DNA of 63,897 nt, filler included, from Chiloscyllium plagiosum (Eukaryota), in NCBI RefSeq assembly GCF_004010195.1. It is 6 parts of one record of this genome, joined end to end, with 100 filler letters (N's around TTAATTAATTAA, not from the genome) between each part and the next. Parts side by side here need not be neighbours in the genome. Positions count along the whole stretch, not along the records: positions 18,856 to 47,168 come from NC_057712.1; positions 47,269 to 54,403 come from NC_057712.1; 4 more parts are not named here. One strand, 5' to 3'. The notes below the pieces were generated by a model. The model searched no databases and was not told where the DNA came from. It saw only the letters and a list, made by a program, of their open reading frames with translations. This document shows, piece after piece, positions 38,190 through 50,019 of the stretch. Numbering within the stretch: the first letter of the stretch is position 1; the number at the start of each line of letters is the position of its first letter. The translations under genes were made by a program, and so were the position numbers.

Positions 38190-40748
38190 TGTGGAACCCC
38201 AGGAAATGGGTGAGATATTAAAGGAGTATTTCTCATCAGTATTTACCATGTAGAAAGAAATGGAAGCTAAAGAACTTGGGAGAAATAAATAGCGATATCT
38301 TAGCAAGTGTCCATATTACAGAGGTGGTGGTGCTGGATGTCTTAAAATACATAAAGGATAAATGCCTGAAATCTGATCAGATGTATCCCAGAATGTTGCA
38401 GGAAGTTAGGGAGCTGATTGCTGGGCTCCTTGCTGAGATATTTGTATCATCAATAGCCACAGGTGTGGTGCCAGAAGACTTGGAGAGTGGCTAATGTGGT
38501 GCCATTATTTAAGAAAGGTGGTAAGGAAAAGCCAGGGAGCTATAGACTGGTGAACCTGACATCAAGACATTGGAGGAGATTCTGAGGGACAGGATTTACA
38601 TGTACTTGGAAAGGCAAGGACTGATTAGTGATAGTCAATATGGCTTTATGCATGGGAAATCATGTCTCACTAGCTTGAATGAGTTTTTGAAGAAGTGACA
38701 GAAAAAGATTAATGAAGGCAGAGCAGTGGATATTGTCTATGTGGACTTCAGCAATGTGTCCAACAATGTTCTGCATGGTAGACGGATTAGCAAGGTTAGA
38801 TCACAGGGAATCCAGGGAGAGCTAGCCATTTGGATATCAAATCAGCTTGAAGGTAAGAGACAGAAGGTGGTGGTGGAAGTTGTTTTTGGACTGGAGGCCT
38901 GTGACCAGTAGTATGCCTCAAGGATTGGTGAAGAGTCCACTGCTTTTTGTCACTTATACAAATGATATGGATGTGAATATAGGAGGAATGGTTAGTAAGT
39001 TTGCAGACAACACCAAAATTAGTGCTGTAGTGGACAGTGAAGAAGGTTATCTTGGGAAGTACAATGGGATGTTGATCCAATGGACTGAGGAGTGGCAGAT
39101 GGAATAATTTAGATAAGTGCAAGATGTTGCATTTTAGTCAGGCAAATACATTTAATGGTAGGGCCTTGGGGAGTGTTGCCAAGCAAAGAGACAGTGACGT
39201 GCAGGTTCACAGTTCCTTGAAGGTGGAGTTGCAGGTAAACAGGGCAATGAAGAAGGAATTCAGTAAGTTTGCCTTTACTGGTCACTGTATGAGTATAGGA
39301 GTCAGGATGTAATGACGCAGGTGTACAGGGCATCGGTTAGGCCACTTTTGGAATACTGTTATAGGAAGGATGCTTTTAAATGTGAAATGGTTTAGAAAGA
39401 TTTATAAGGAAGCCAGGGAGGAGACTGCAGAGCCTTTGGCTTTGATCTTTATTTCATCATTGTCTACAGAAATAGTGCTAGAACACTGGAGAATAGCAAA
39501 TGTTATCTCCTTGCTCAAGAACGGGAGTAGAGATAACCCTGGTAATTATAGACCAGTGAGCCTTACTTCGGTTCTGGGTAAAGTGTTGGAAAAGGTTATA
39601 AGAGATAGGATTTATAATCATCTAGAGAAGAATAAGTTGATTAGGGATAGTCAATAAGGTTTTGTGAAGGGTAGGTCGTGCCCCACAAACCTTATTGAGT
39701 TCTATGAAAAGGTGACCAAACAGGTGGATGAGGGTAAATTAGCTGATGTGGTGTATGTGGATTTCAGTAATGTGTCTGATAAGGTTCCCCACAGTAGGCT
39801 ATTGCACAAAATACGGAGGCATGGGATTGAGGGTGATTTAGCAATTTGGATCAGAAATTGGCTCGCTGAAAGACAGAGGGAGGTGGTTGATGGGAAATGT
39901 CATCCTGGAGTTTAGTTACTAGTGGTGTACCACAAGGATCTGTTTTGGGACCACTGCTGTTTGTTACTTTTATAAATGACCTGGTTGAGGGCATGGAAGT
40001 ATAGGTTCGTAAATTTGTGGATGACACTAAAGCTGGAGGAGCTGTGGGTAGTGCAGAAGGATGTTGCAGGTTACAAAGGGACATAGATTAGCTGCAGAGC
40101 AGGGCTGAGAGGTGGAAAATCGAGTTTAATGTGGAAAAGTGTGAGGTGATTCACTTTGGAAGGGGTAACGAGAATACAGAGTACTGGGCTAATGGTAAGA
40201 TTCTTGGCAGTGTGGATGAGCAGAGAGATCACAGTGTCCAGGTGCATAGATCCCTGATAGTTGCCACGCAGGCTGATAGGGCTGTTAAGAAGGCATAAGG
40301 TGTGTTAGCTTTTATTGGCAGAGGGATTGAGTTTTGGAGCCATGAGGTCATATCGCAGCTGTACTAAACTCTGGTGCGGACACATTTTGAGTACTGCATA
40401 CAGTTCTGATCACCGCATTATAGGAAGAATGTGGAAGTGTTGGAAAGGGTTCAGGGGAGATTTACTAGAATGTTGCCTGGTATGGAGGGAAGGTCTTATG
40501 AGGAAAGGCTGAGGGACTTGAGGTTATTTTTGTTAGAGAGAAGGAAGTTGAGAGGTGACTTAATTGAGACATGCAAGATAGTCAGAGGATTAGAGAGTTG
40601 GATAGGATGGACAGTGAGAGTCTTTTTCCTTGGGTGGTGATGGCTAGCCTGAAGGGACATGGCTTTAAATTGAGGGATGATAGATATTGGACAGATTGTA
40701 GGGATAGTTTCTTTACTCAGAGAGTAGTACTTCCTGCCTGCAACTGTA
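38190..40748 (+). mobile_element. Two tandem CR1 ORF2 fragments (about 38190-39370 and 39400-40748)
   Basis: Two successive RT motif sets (NYRPVSLTS, GRSCPTNL, DVVYVDFS, KFADNTK, LERVQ.RFTRMLPG). The second ends at the 500-N gap. Confidence 0.88.
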
Positions 40749-41248
40749 NNNNNNNNNNNNNNNNNNNNNNNNNNNNNNNNNNNNNNNNNNNNNNNNNNNN
40801 NNNNNNNNNNNNNNNNNNNNNNNNNNNNNNNNNNNNNNNNNNNNNNNNNNNNNNNNNNNNNNNNNNNNNNNNNNNNNNNNNNNNNNNNNNNNNNNNNNNN
40901 NNNNNNNNNNNNNNNNNNNNNNNNNNNNNNNNNNNNNNNNNNNNNNNNNNNNNNNNNNNNNNNNNNNNNNNNNNNNNNNNNNNNNNNNNNNNNNNNNNNN
41001 NNNNNNNNNNNNNNNNNNNNNNNNNNNNNNNNNNNNNNNNNNNNNNNNNNNNNNNNNNNNNNNNNNNNNNNNNNNNNNNNNNNNNNNNNNNNNNNNNNNN
41101 NNNNNNNNNNNNNNNNNNNNNNNNNNNNNNNNNNNNNNNNNNNNNNNNNNNNNNNNNNNNNNNNNNNNNNNNNNNNNNNNNNNNNNNNNNNNNNNNNNNN
41201 NNNNNNNNNNNNNNNNNNNNNNNNNNNNNNNNNNNNNNNNNNNNNNNN
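40749..41248. other. 500-N scaffold gap
   Basis: Run of 500 N without a linker. Confidence 0.99.
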
Positions 41249-41826
41249 CAAGTCAATGGCACTGTATTCTAGATCTGATTTGATTGGTCAAATTACTAGG
41301 CTTTAAGCAAACCACACTTTATACTTACACCACAGTTATATCACACAAAAAAAACTGGCATAACTAACTTAACAAAATACTTAAAACAATATATTTAACC
41401 ACTACTCATCAATGGTTCTAATATAGCAGCATCCCATATACACATCCCATAAAATCCTGTGGGCAAAGGCAAATTCAGCAAAACAGATGTCTCTCATTTA
41501 CTATTTCCTCCAGTTCAGAAGAAGAAACACTGACAAAATGAATCTAGCAGTAGAGAGAGAGCACTGAAGCTTTTGTATCAGCAGAGAGAGAATTAAATCT
41601 AGCAGCTTCAACTCCAAAACCCCACCCTCACCAACTGAAAGCAAAACTAAAACCATGGATCTGGTGTGACCTGACTCCACCCACTCTTGCTTTGTTTGTC
41701 TCATTTTAAAAGAAAAACAAAGCTATTTATTTTGCTTTCCATGGAGCAAACACCTCATCACCAGCTTTACAACAGCCCTCTTCAAGAGGAACGGGACAGA
41801 ATATCTTAAAGGCACATATAGTCACA
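41249..41826 (-). mobile_element. Diverged solo or partial LTR related to the Gypsy LTR at 44586-45161
   Basis: Shared ordered motifs (catccc..at, agagagag, aaaac..aaacc, ccac.c.ctc, ggacagaata...ttaaagg...tcaca) and the same tcaca terminus. Confidence 0.55.
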
Positions 41827-43024
41827 CAATGCCATTCCTAACCTGGTTTATGCTGGAACAGGGATTTGTTGTTCACTAATATAACATTGGCAAAGCAAAG
41901 CCACCACTTTTCTATCAAGTTGTCAGAGTAAAAGCGCTCCACCAAGACTCTCCATGTTTATAGCTCTCCCATCCACCTACATCTTCCTTGTTTAACAGAT
42001 TCTTTTGCTCGCTGATATCTTTCCTGCAGCTTTCATTTGTCATCTATTCCTAAAGGTAATCCTAGCAGATGACCAATGTTTTATGTCATGGCACTGATGA
42101 AAAGAAGTACAGTTTAAAAAAAAAGCTGTCTCTTGTACAAAGTGAATTTCCAAGAGTGATAACATTCAGTAAAAAATTCCTAGAAGTCATACAGTTGACA
42201 GAAATAACAAACAAAAAGCCAATTCATAATTTCTAATCCAGAAGGTTGCTTCATGCTGGTTAGCACCACACTGGACTGAACAAGGTCTGTACATGGTGTT
42301 AAAATACTTCGTTAATCCAAAATGGAAGTGGATCCTGCACAAAGCATAAGTTATTCCTCCATATCCAGCCTTTAAAGTTCTTTAAACTTTTAAACACTTC
42401 TGTCAGGTATCCTCTTATTTTTGTCTTTCCAGAATAAACAAACCACAACTGTCTCAATACTTCCTTAGTTTCATACCTGCATATTATTGCACATGTAAAT
42501 AATCTGAATTTGGCATCTCACGTGATAAATTTCCTATCACCATCCTCTAAGTATAGGGACCAAGAGGGCCACTCGGTCTTTAATGGTAGAGGAAAACTAC
42601 TGACTATTGTAACTAGTAGAAGCTCTTGTATTGAAGTAGTGGTAGTGGCCATTTTGTAGTGCAGAATTTGAGTGTTGCTGATGAAGCTAAACACATTTTG
42701 TCAAAGCTTTTCATTTTATTCACTTCAGGGAAACTCACAATACCAATGCATTGGAATTGCAAACAGGACAGAAAATACTGATTGGCTCAGACAGATCAAG
42801 GGGACACCATGGAGAATGTACTAGGCAAGGAATTTACTGTAACCAATCAACCTGTGCTCAAAAAAAGTAAAAGCACTGTCCAATATTGGATATGTTTCCA
42901 CGATTGGACAGCATTTGCTAAATAATTCTGAGCAAGTTAAGAAAATTGAGGATCAATTTAAGATTGTAAGCACATTGTGTGGCACACTTGTGTACATGAG
43001 AAGTTACATATTTTAATACACATA

Positions 43025-44130
43025 GGCCAATGAAGGCTGTGACAAGGTCCCACATGGAAGACTGGTAAAGATGATAAAAGGACATGGGATTCACAGTAAC
43101 TTGGCAAGTTGGATCCAAAATCAGCTTAGTGGCAGGAGATAGATGGTAGAAGTCTGTATGGGTGGAGGCCGGTGTCCAGTGGTGTTCCACAGGGGTAAGT
43201 GCTGTGTCCCATACGGTTTGTGATATATAAAAATGATGTGGATGAGAACCTGGGGATTTGATCAGCAATTATGCGAATGACACAAAGACTGGCTGAGTCG
43301 TTGACAGTGAGGAAGGAGGTCTGAGTTAGAGGAAGATATAAACAGAGTGGTTAGATGCGCTGATGAAATTTAATGCTAGAATTAATAACAAGACAAAACG
43401 TACTCAGTGAATGGGAGGACTAGGAAGCACAGAGGAACAGGGAGATTTTTGGGCACTTGTCCACAAATCCCTGAATGTGGCAGGACATAATTAATTAGAT
43501 AATTAAGAAAAAAAAACAAAAGATGCTTGCCTTTATCAGTCAAGACATAAATCATAAGTGCAGAGAGGCTGTGCTGAAGTTTAAGTTCTACAGAACTTTG
43601 ATTAGGCCACAGCTGGAGTACTGCCTACAATTCTGGTCACCATACTATCAGAAGGATTTGACTGTGCTAGACGAGGTGCAGAAGAAATCTACTAGGATAT
43701 ATCCTGGATGGAAGATTTTAGTTATGAAGAGAGAGTGAATAAGCTTGGGTTGTTTACATTGAGGAGAGAAGATTGATGGAGACTTGATAAGATTATGAGG
43801 GGCATAGACAGGGTGGATAAAAGCAGCTGTTCCTTTACTTGAAGGATCAGTAACAAGAGAACACATTTATAAGGTGGAAGCCAAGAGGTATAGAGGGGAT
43901 TTGAGGAAAAATTTCACCCAAAGGGTGGTAGAGATCTGGAATGCACTGCCTGGGAAGGTAATTGAGGTGGATAATCTCACACCCTTTAAAAATTACTTCA
44001 ATGAGCACTTGCAATGTCACATTATTTAAGGCTATGAACTTAGTGTTGAGAAGAGAGGCTAGTGTAGATTTAGTGTAATTTTGGTGGCATAGACTCAGGC
44101 TGAAACTTTTTTTTCCCTGTACTGTATGAT
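43025..44130 (+). mobile_element. Degraded CR1 3' half
   Basis: YRTLIRPQLEYCLQFWSPYYQKD (ORF 43523) and the CR1 3' UTR. Confidence 0.8.
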
Positions 44131-44585
44131 ATTCTTACATGCACACATCTTGTGCCTGATTCAACTCAAAAACATTTGACAGCCATTTCTTGGTTTGTTC
44201 CTCAGGAAAATGCCTTGACCAGAGTAAAGTTGCCTGATCTGAAACATAAACAAAGCTTAGCAATTAGTTGTCAGATATCATCTCCCGGTTACATTCAATT
44301 TACTTTTTAAAAATTCATTCATGGAGTGGTGTGATTGCTGCCTGGATCAGCATTTAGTGCCCATTTCTTAAGAAGCTGGTGATGAGCTTCCCTTTTGAAC
44401 CACTATAGTCTGCTTACTCAATGTACCCATAAAATGTTAAGGAGGAAGTTCCAGGATTTTGATCCAACAACACTGAAGGATTGGCAATATATTTCCAAAT
44501 TGGAATATAGTGAGTGGCTTGGAAGGAATTTGAAGGTGGCATTCCCAAGAGTCTGCTGCCGTTGTCACTGTCCAGATGGTAGTGG

Positions 44586-45161
44586 TGTTATGGACCAAGC
44601 CAGACCCCCTCAAAACATTTCAAGAAGATAGCCCAGATCCTAATTTTTCTAGTGGTTTTAAGCAAGTATAAAATAGATATTCCAGGAGTGATGTAGCTGG
44701 CCCACCCACTCAGTTTTAAACAAACAGAATTTATCTACAGCCTACTGAATGAAACATGAATGAAACAGAACCAAATTTAGAAAATCTTAACTTCTCTGAA
44801 AACCCAATAGACTCTATCACAACTTAATGATGCTATTCCAAATACTTGCCACATCCCCATAAATACCACCTTTGCAAAAAAAGTAAAATCAAACACAGGT
44901 TCTTACAGGAGCGATGTTAGAGAGAGAGAGGAACAGCATGGAGCTGTATCTTTGCAGGTCCAAACTGCTTGCTAAAACCAAACCAAACCCTGAACTGGGA
45001 GAACTGGCCACACCCTCTTCATTGTACAAGTGTTTAAAAAAACACTTAAAAAGCTTTTTCAAGTAGATATTTCCAGACATATCGAAACCACTTCCTTTAC
45101 GACCCCTTGTGAAAAAGAAACAAGGACAGAATAACCTTGTTAAAGGAGCAGCATCATCACA
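44586..45161 (-). mobile_element. 3' LTR (576 bp, TG...CA) of a Gypsy-type retrotransposon
   Basis: Termini tgtta... and ...tcaca. A polypurine tract (agagggagg on the minus strand, 45162-45170) directly abuts it, and RT/RNaseH lies immediately inside. Confidence 0.75.
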
Positions 45162-45281
45162 CCTCCCTCTTACAAAAATAAAACATCAATATCCAAGACA
45201 GTTTCATTTAAAAACCCCTTAATTTTAAATTGTTAGTACATTACAACACACATACACATTACATTGGCTATAAACATGCAC

Positions 45282-45405
45282 ATCTCTCCACGCTTCAGGC
45301 TCTCTACCTTTATTCCTGATGAAGGCTTTTGCCCGAAACGCCAATTTCGCTGCTCATTGGATGCTGCCTGAATTGCTGTGCTCTTCCAGCACCACTGATC
45401 CAGAA
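45282..45405 (+). mobile_element. PLE pLTR mini-insertion with a hammerhead core, 13-bp TSD
   Basis: tataaacatgcac at 45269-45281 and 45406-45418; CTGATGA-AGGC-tttt-GCCC-GAAAC at 45316-45339. Confidence 0.8.
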
Positions 45406-45479
45406 TATAAACATGCACTACTACATTCTATTTCAGTCCATGTACTCCTGCCACCGAACAGCTCCATTTATCATCCAAG

Positions 45480-46582
45480 TCTCAACAATGCATCAGCAAT
45501 CATGTTTCCCTGTCCTTCAGCATTCACAATTTTCAGACTGAATAGCTGTGACAACAAGCTGCATCTAAATGATCTGGAATTTTTGTCCTTAAACTTTTCC
45601 ACAAAATTCACAATGGGTTATGATCACTTTATAGGACCGTCTCAGATACATTACTGGTAACATGTTGAAATGTTGTAATACCAACACCATCTCAAAGTCT
45701 CCTTCTCAACTGTTGAATATTTCTGCTGATGAATGTTCAATTTCCTGGTGAAATACCTGGTTGATCTTTCTATCTTCTCATCATCATCCTATAAGAACAC
45801 AGCACCGACACCTACAAGGCTTGCATCAATAACCACCTTGAATAGCTTTGCCTAGTTAGGTATGGCTAACACAGGGGTAGTGGTTAACAGCTTTCAGGCT
45901 GTCAAATGCCTTCTGACAGTCTGCTGTCCACTGAAACTTCTTGCTTTCTTTCGTAATTCAGTAAGTGGAACAGCCACACTGCTAACATCTGGTATGAATT
46001 TTCGATAAAATCCACTTAATCCCAGGAATCATAGCACTGCTTTTTTTCAAAAAAAAAATCAATGATATGGGAAACTCCCCATTTACCTTTGTTTTTTCAT
46101 TCAGTGGGGCCCTTGGTCCACGTCCAATAACATGGCCCAGGAAGGTGACTTGAGCTTTGGCAAATTCACTTTAGCCAGGTTTATCACCAAGCCTGCCTTC
46201 CAAAGTCGATCGAACAATTCTGGTAAATTTTACAGATGTTCCTTCAATGCGTGATTAACAATCACCAGGTCATCAATATAACCTATACAATTGGATAATC
46301 CGGAAATGACCTTATTGGTTAGTTTCTGAAATGTGGCTGGAATTTTTCATACCAAATGGCATGATTTTAAATTGATAGAATCCATTTGGCATTATGAAAG
46401 CCAAAATTGTCTTCGCTATTTCAGACAATGATGCCTGCTAGTATCCTCTGAGCAAGTCCAACTTAGAAATATAAGTTGCTTGTCCCACCTTCTCAACACA
46501 GTCTTCCAAACGTAGAATTGAATATGCATTAGTCTTTGTAACTGCATTGATTTTGTGATAGTCCATACATAATCGTTGGGTA
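45480..46582 (-). mobile_element. Ty3/Gypsy pol remnant: RT and RNaseH (Gmr1-like), with stops and frameshifts
   Basis: RLCMDYHKINAVTK..AY...RLEDC.EKVGQA.YISKLDLLRGY (ORF 46438..46653), YIDD at 46269-46280, VIDASLVGVGAV at about 45800-45835 and NMIADALLR at about 45480-45506. Confidence 0.9.
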
Positions 46583-47168
46583 TGTTTTAAAAAATTCTCA
46601 AGGTCAAGGACCAGGCTCGCAGGAAAGTAGTCTGACACAGAACAAACAGCCAAGAGGCGAGTCTGCTAGAATATAAGTGTTTTATTCCCCGCAGCGTCGC
46701 CACAACCAGGACTCGTACTTACAACGGGTCTGGTTTATACTCACTCTACGTGTTACCGGAACTGCGAGCCGTCAGTTCTCGTAGAGCGGTTGACAACAAC
46801 CCACGCTCGGCGGTTAAACGCAACCCCGGAGCAGACTCTACCGAACTGGAGACTTCTCCAGCTGATATACCCTTTTCCAGATATAAACATTCATGTGAAC
46901 AGCAGAGCAAGGCTAAAAAACACATTCCATTCTGGTTACATACAGATAAGAAGATTCACACGGGGAGGTGTGTAATAAGATTCACACGGGACTAAGCAAC
47001 ACCTCCATTCCGGTTAGATTCACACATGTATTGGGACATAATTTTTAACCGTTTCACCACATTCCACTGCTTGGCCCAATACATGTGTTACATTATGATT
47101 CACACATGTATTGGGACATAATTTTAACCCTTTCACCACATTCCACTGCTTGGCACAATACATGTGTT
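46583..47168 (-). mobile_element. Probable young LTR (retroviral or LTR-retrotransposon) inserted into the Gypsy RT and truncated by a gap
   Basis: Gypsy RT homology stops abruptly at a TG. The segment is CpG-rich, has minus-strand AATAAA at about 46681-46686, and has tandem repeats at the U3-like end. Confidence 0.55.
47017..47168. repeat. 80-bp tandem repeat (about 1.9 copies before the gap), each unit with a 14-bp inverted repeat
   Basis: Units start at 47017 and 47097. acacatgtattggg (47022-47035) pairs with cccaatacatgtgt (47075-47088). Confidence 0.9.
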
Positions 47169-47268
47169 NNNNNNNNNNNNNNNNNNNNNNNNNNNNNNNN
47201 NNNNNNNNNNNNTTAATTAATTAANNNNNNNNNNNNNNNNNNNNNNNNNNNNNNNNNNNNNNNNNNNN

Positions 47269-47407
47269 CACCCTCCTCTCACTTTTCTCTCCACCCTTCA
47301 GGCTCTCTGCCTGTATTCCTGATGAAGGGCGTTTGCCCAAAACATCGATTTTACTGCTCCTCAGATGCTGCCTGAACTGCTGTGCTCTTCCAGCACCACT
47401 AATCCGG
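47269..47407 (+). mobile_element. PLE pLTR fragment with a decayed hammerhead
   Basis: ctgatgaagggcgtttgcccaaaac at 47319, where GAAA has become AAAA, followed by gatgctgcctgaactgctgtgctcttccagc. Confidence 0.8.
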
Positions 47408-49226
47408 TTAGCTAAAGGTGGTCAGGAAGGTATATGAGAAACTGTCTTTATTTGTCAAAGCATTGAATGTAAGATCAAGGAGTTTATGATGAAGTTATAA
47501 ATGACATTACTCCATAGCTAGAGTACTTTGCGCGGTTCTGGTTACCACATTATACGAAGGATGTGATTGCACAGAAAGGGTGCAGAGGAGATACACCAAG
47601 GTGGAATTTCTTATAAAGGTCTTATGACTGAAAAGTTGATTCTCCTTTTCCTTGGATTCTGCCTGACCTTTTCTTTTCCAGTGCCACACTTTTTGAGCTT
47701 TAGTAGAGAAGATAATAACCAAGGGGCCCAGTTTTCAGAACTGGAGCAGAAGGTTTACAGGCGATTTGAGGAAAAACATTCCACCCATGGGATGGTGGAT
47801 ATGTGTAACTCACTGATTAAAGGTGGTAGAGACAAAAACAATCAACATTCCATAAGCATTTAGATTAGAACCTGAAATGTCATAGCACAAGGCTACAGGG
47901 CAAGTGTTGAATTAAATGGGATTAGAGTGTAATTAGTTTGATGATCAGTGTGGACAAGATGGGCTGAAGGGCGTTTTTCTGTGCTGTAAAAACTGTATAA
48001 CTCTCTACAGATGTGTATTAGCTTTGGGTGGAGTAGGTATGTCACATGCCTGGGGGCCAGTCGAAGCCCTTGATTGGATAATGAATGCCTATTCAGTTTC
48101 TTCCCATTTCCACACCAATATAATAGGCAGGAGGTGGCAAGTAGCCAGACAGCGTTAACTCCAGGGGCTTTTGACCTGAGTGTATTTAAGATAGAGATAG
48201 GTAGGTTCTTGATCAGTAAGAGGATCAAAGGATACTTTAAAAAGGCAGCAGAAAGGGGCTGAGAAACAAATTAGCCATGATTGAATGACAGAGCAGACTT
48301 GATTGGTTGGATGGCCTAATTCTGCTCCTATATCTGATGGTCTATGGCCTTATGATGGAAATTCTTCCTTGGCAAAGACAGAATTTCTTAGTTGGGTGGC
48401 CGCTATAGATTTCTTAGCAATAAGATCAGAGTCATCTTTATGAGTGTGCTTTGACCATCAAGTTGTGAATCTATACCTTCAGTCAATGATACCCCCCCGC
48501 CCCGCCAGCAACTTTGATAGTTGTTTATGGAGTGTAGAATCTTCCCACTGATGGTCTTTGTTCCCTGGGATCAGTTGCTTGGTTTCATTGACAACTCAAT
48601 CAAGGTGAATCCACAATGAAGAGTAGGAATAGTTTCCGTTAAAGCTGAAACGATGTCACCTACTTGATCAGGTCATTTGGAGACATGCAGGGTCTCATTT
48701 AGGTCAAAGAATGAATATTACTGGGTGCTGTGACAATGACTAGTCAGGTTTAGTGCACTATTTATTTGCTCATGGCCACTCAGCGCATTGTGTTTTATCA
48801 TCCAAATAGCTCAAACTGATCTGTGACCAAGCTCTAGACCCAGCTGCGCTTTTCCAGCAACACATTTTCAGCTCTGATCTCCAGCATCTGCAGTCCTCTC
48901 TTTCTCCACCCAGCTAATCAGACCAACATATTTGGATTTGTGATACCTCTTGAATTTCGGTATCTTATCACCCAGCAGAACTGACATAATTTGCTTTTTT
49001 TTATGCCCTCAGCTTGTTTTATCATCATTTCTTCCAATTATTTGACAATTCATGCCTGACATGTTGATCTTTCTCTGCTAACCTTCTGTTCCATTAAAAG
49101 TAGTAGGTGATGCTCTTAAAGTAATGGAAATAGATAGATGCTTGATGACCTGGGCTGATGCGATGGTCTGAAGGACCTTTTCCTGTGCTGTAAAATTCGG
49201 TGACTCAAAAGTTTCCTTCTTTTGGT

Positions 49227-49400
49227 GGACTCTCCCACAGTGGTGGACTCTCCCTCTTTATGGGCATTTAAGCGGGCATTGGATAGGTATATGGAGGATA
49301 GTGGGTTAGTATAGGTTAGGTGGGCTTGGATCGGCGCAACATCGAGGGCCAAAGGGCCTGTACTGCGCTGTATTCTTCTATGTTCTATGTTCTATGTTCT
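49227..49400 (+). mobile_element. Short young CR1 3' end with a (ttctatg)n tail
   Basis: Near-identical to the reverse complement of 16381-16535. Confidence 0.9.
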
Positions 49401-50019
49401 TCTGGTGTTGGGGAATAGATGGCCTTATATATAAGTAATTGCACAAGACAATAGGAATTTAGCAATGAAAAAATGATTACTGATGCGATGGTCTGAAGGA
49501 CCTTTTCCTGTGCTGTAAAATTCGGTGGCTCAAAAGTTTCCTTCTTCTGGTGTTGGGGAATAGATGGCCTTATATATAAGTAATTGCACAAGACAATAGG
49601 AATTTAGCAATGAAAAAATGATTATCAGTGATTTACAATAAGATGTGACAAAATGAGGTTGAAACATCCCTTGGTGAATTAGACTAACCTTTTACGTAGT
49701 GTGCCAGAATTAAGGAAGCCTATATCTTGTTATGTCTTCAGGTATTATTTTGAAAAGAACGAACTCGCAATTATATAATACTTCGCATGACTTCAGGAAG
49801 TCTCAAAGCGCTGTAAGACTAATGAAGTATTTATGGTGCAATGCGGTCACTATGCTCTGCAGCTTCACATAAAAATTAAAGTGCACTGTGTCTGGAAAAA
49901 GTTGGCTGTGTAGAGCAATCTAAAGGAAACATTGGCCCTTGCTTTACAAAGTTACACATCCCTATCCATTCAAGTATCTTATCTAATTTAAGAATATCAT
50001 ATCCCTTCACCATTTTAAA

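Noticed and set aside
40496..41272. 181-251 aa ORFs
   Set aside because: They are open only because they run through the 500-N gap.
42675..42735. Further hammerhead-like words (ctgatgaagc...; aagcttttc...cttcagg)
   Set aside because: The core and stem II cannot be assembled from the sequence as it stands; too decayed to support.
47017..47168. CRISPR-like repeat-spacer array
   Set aside because: The sequences between the inverted repeats are near-identical rather than unique spacers, the context is vertebrate, and there are no cas genes.
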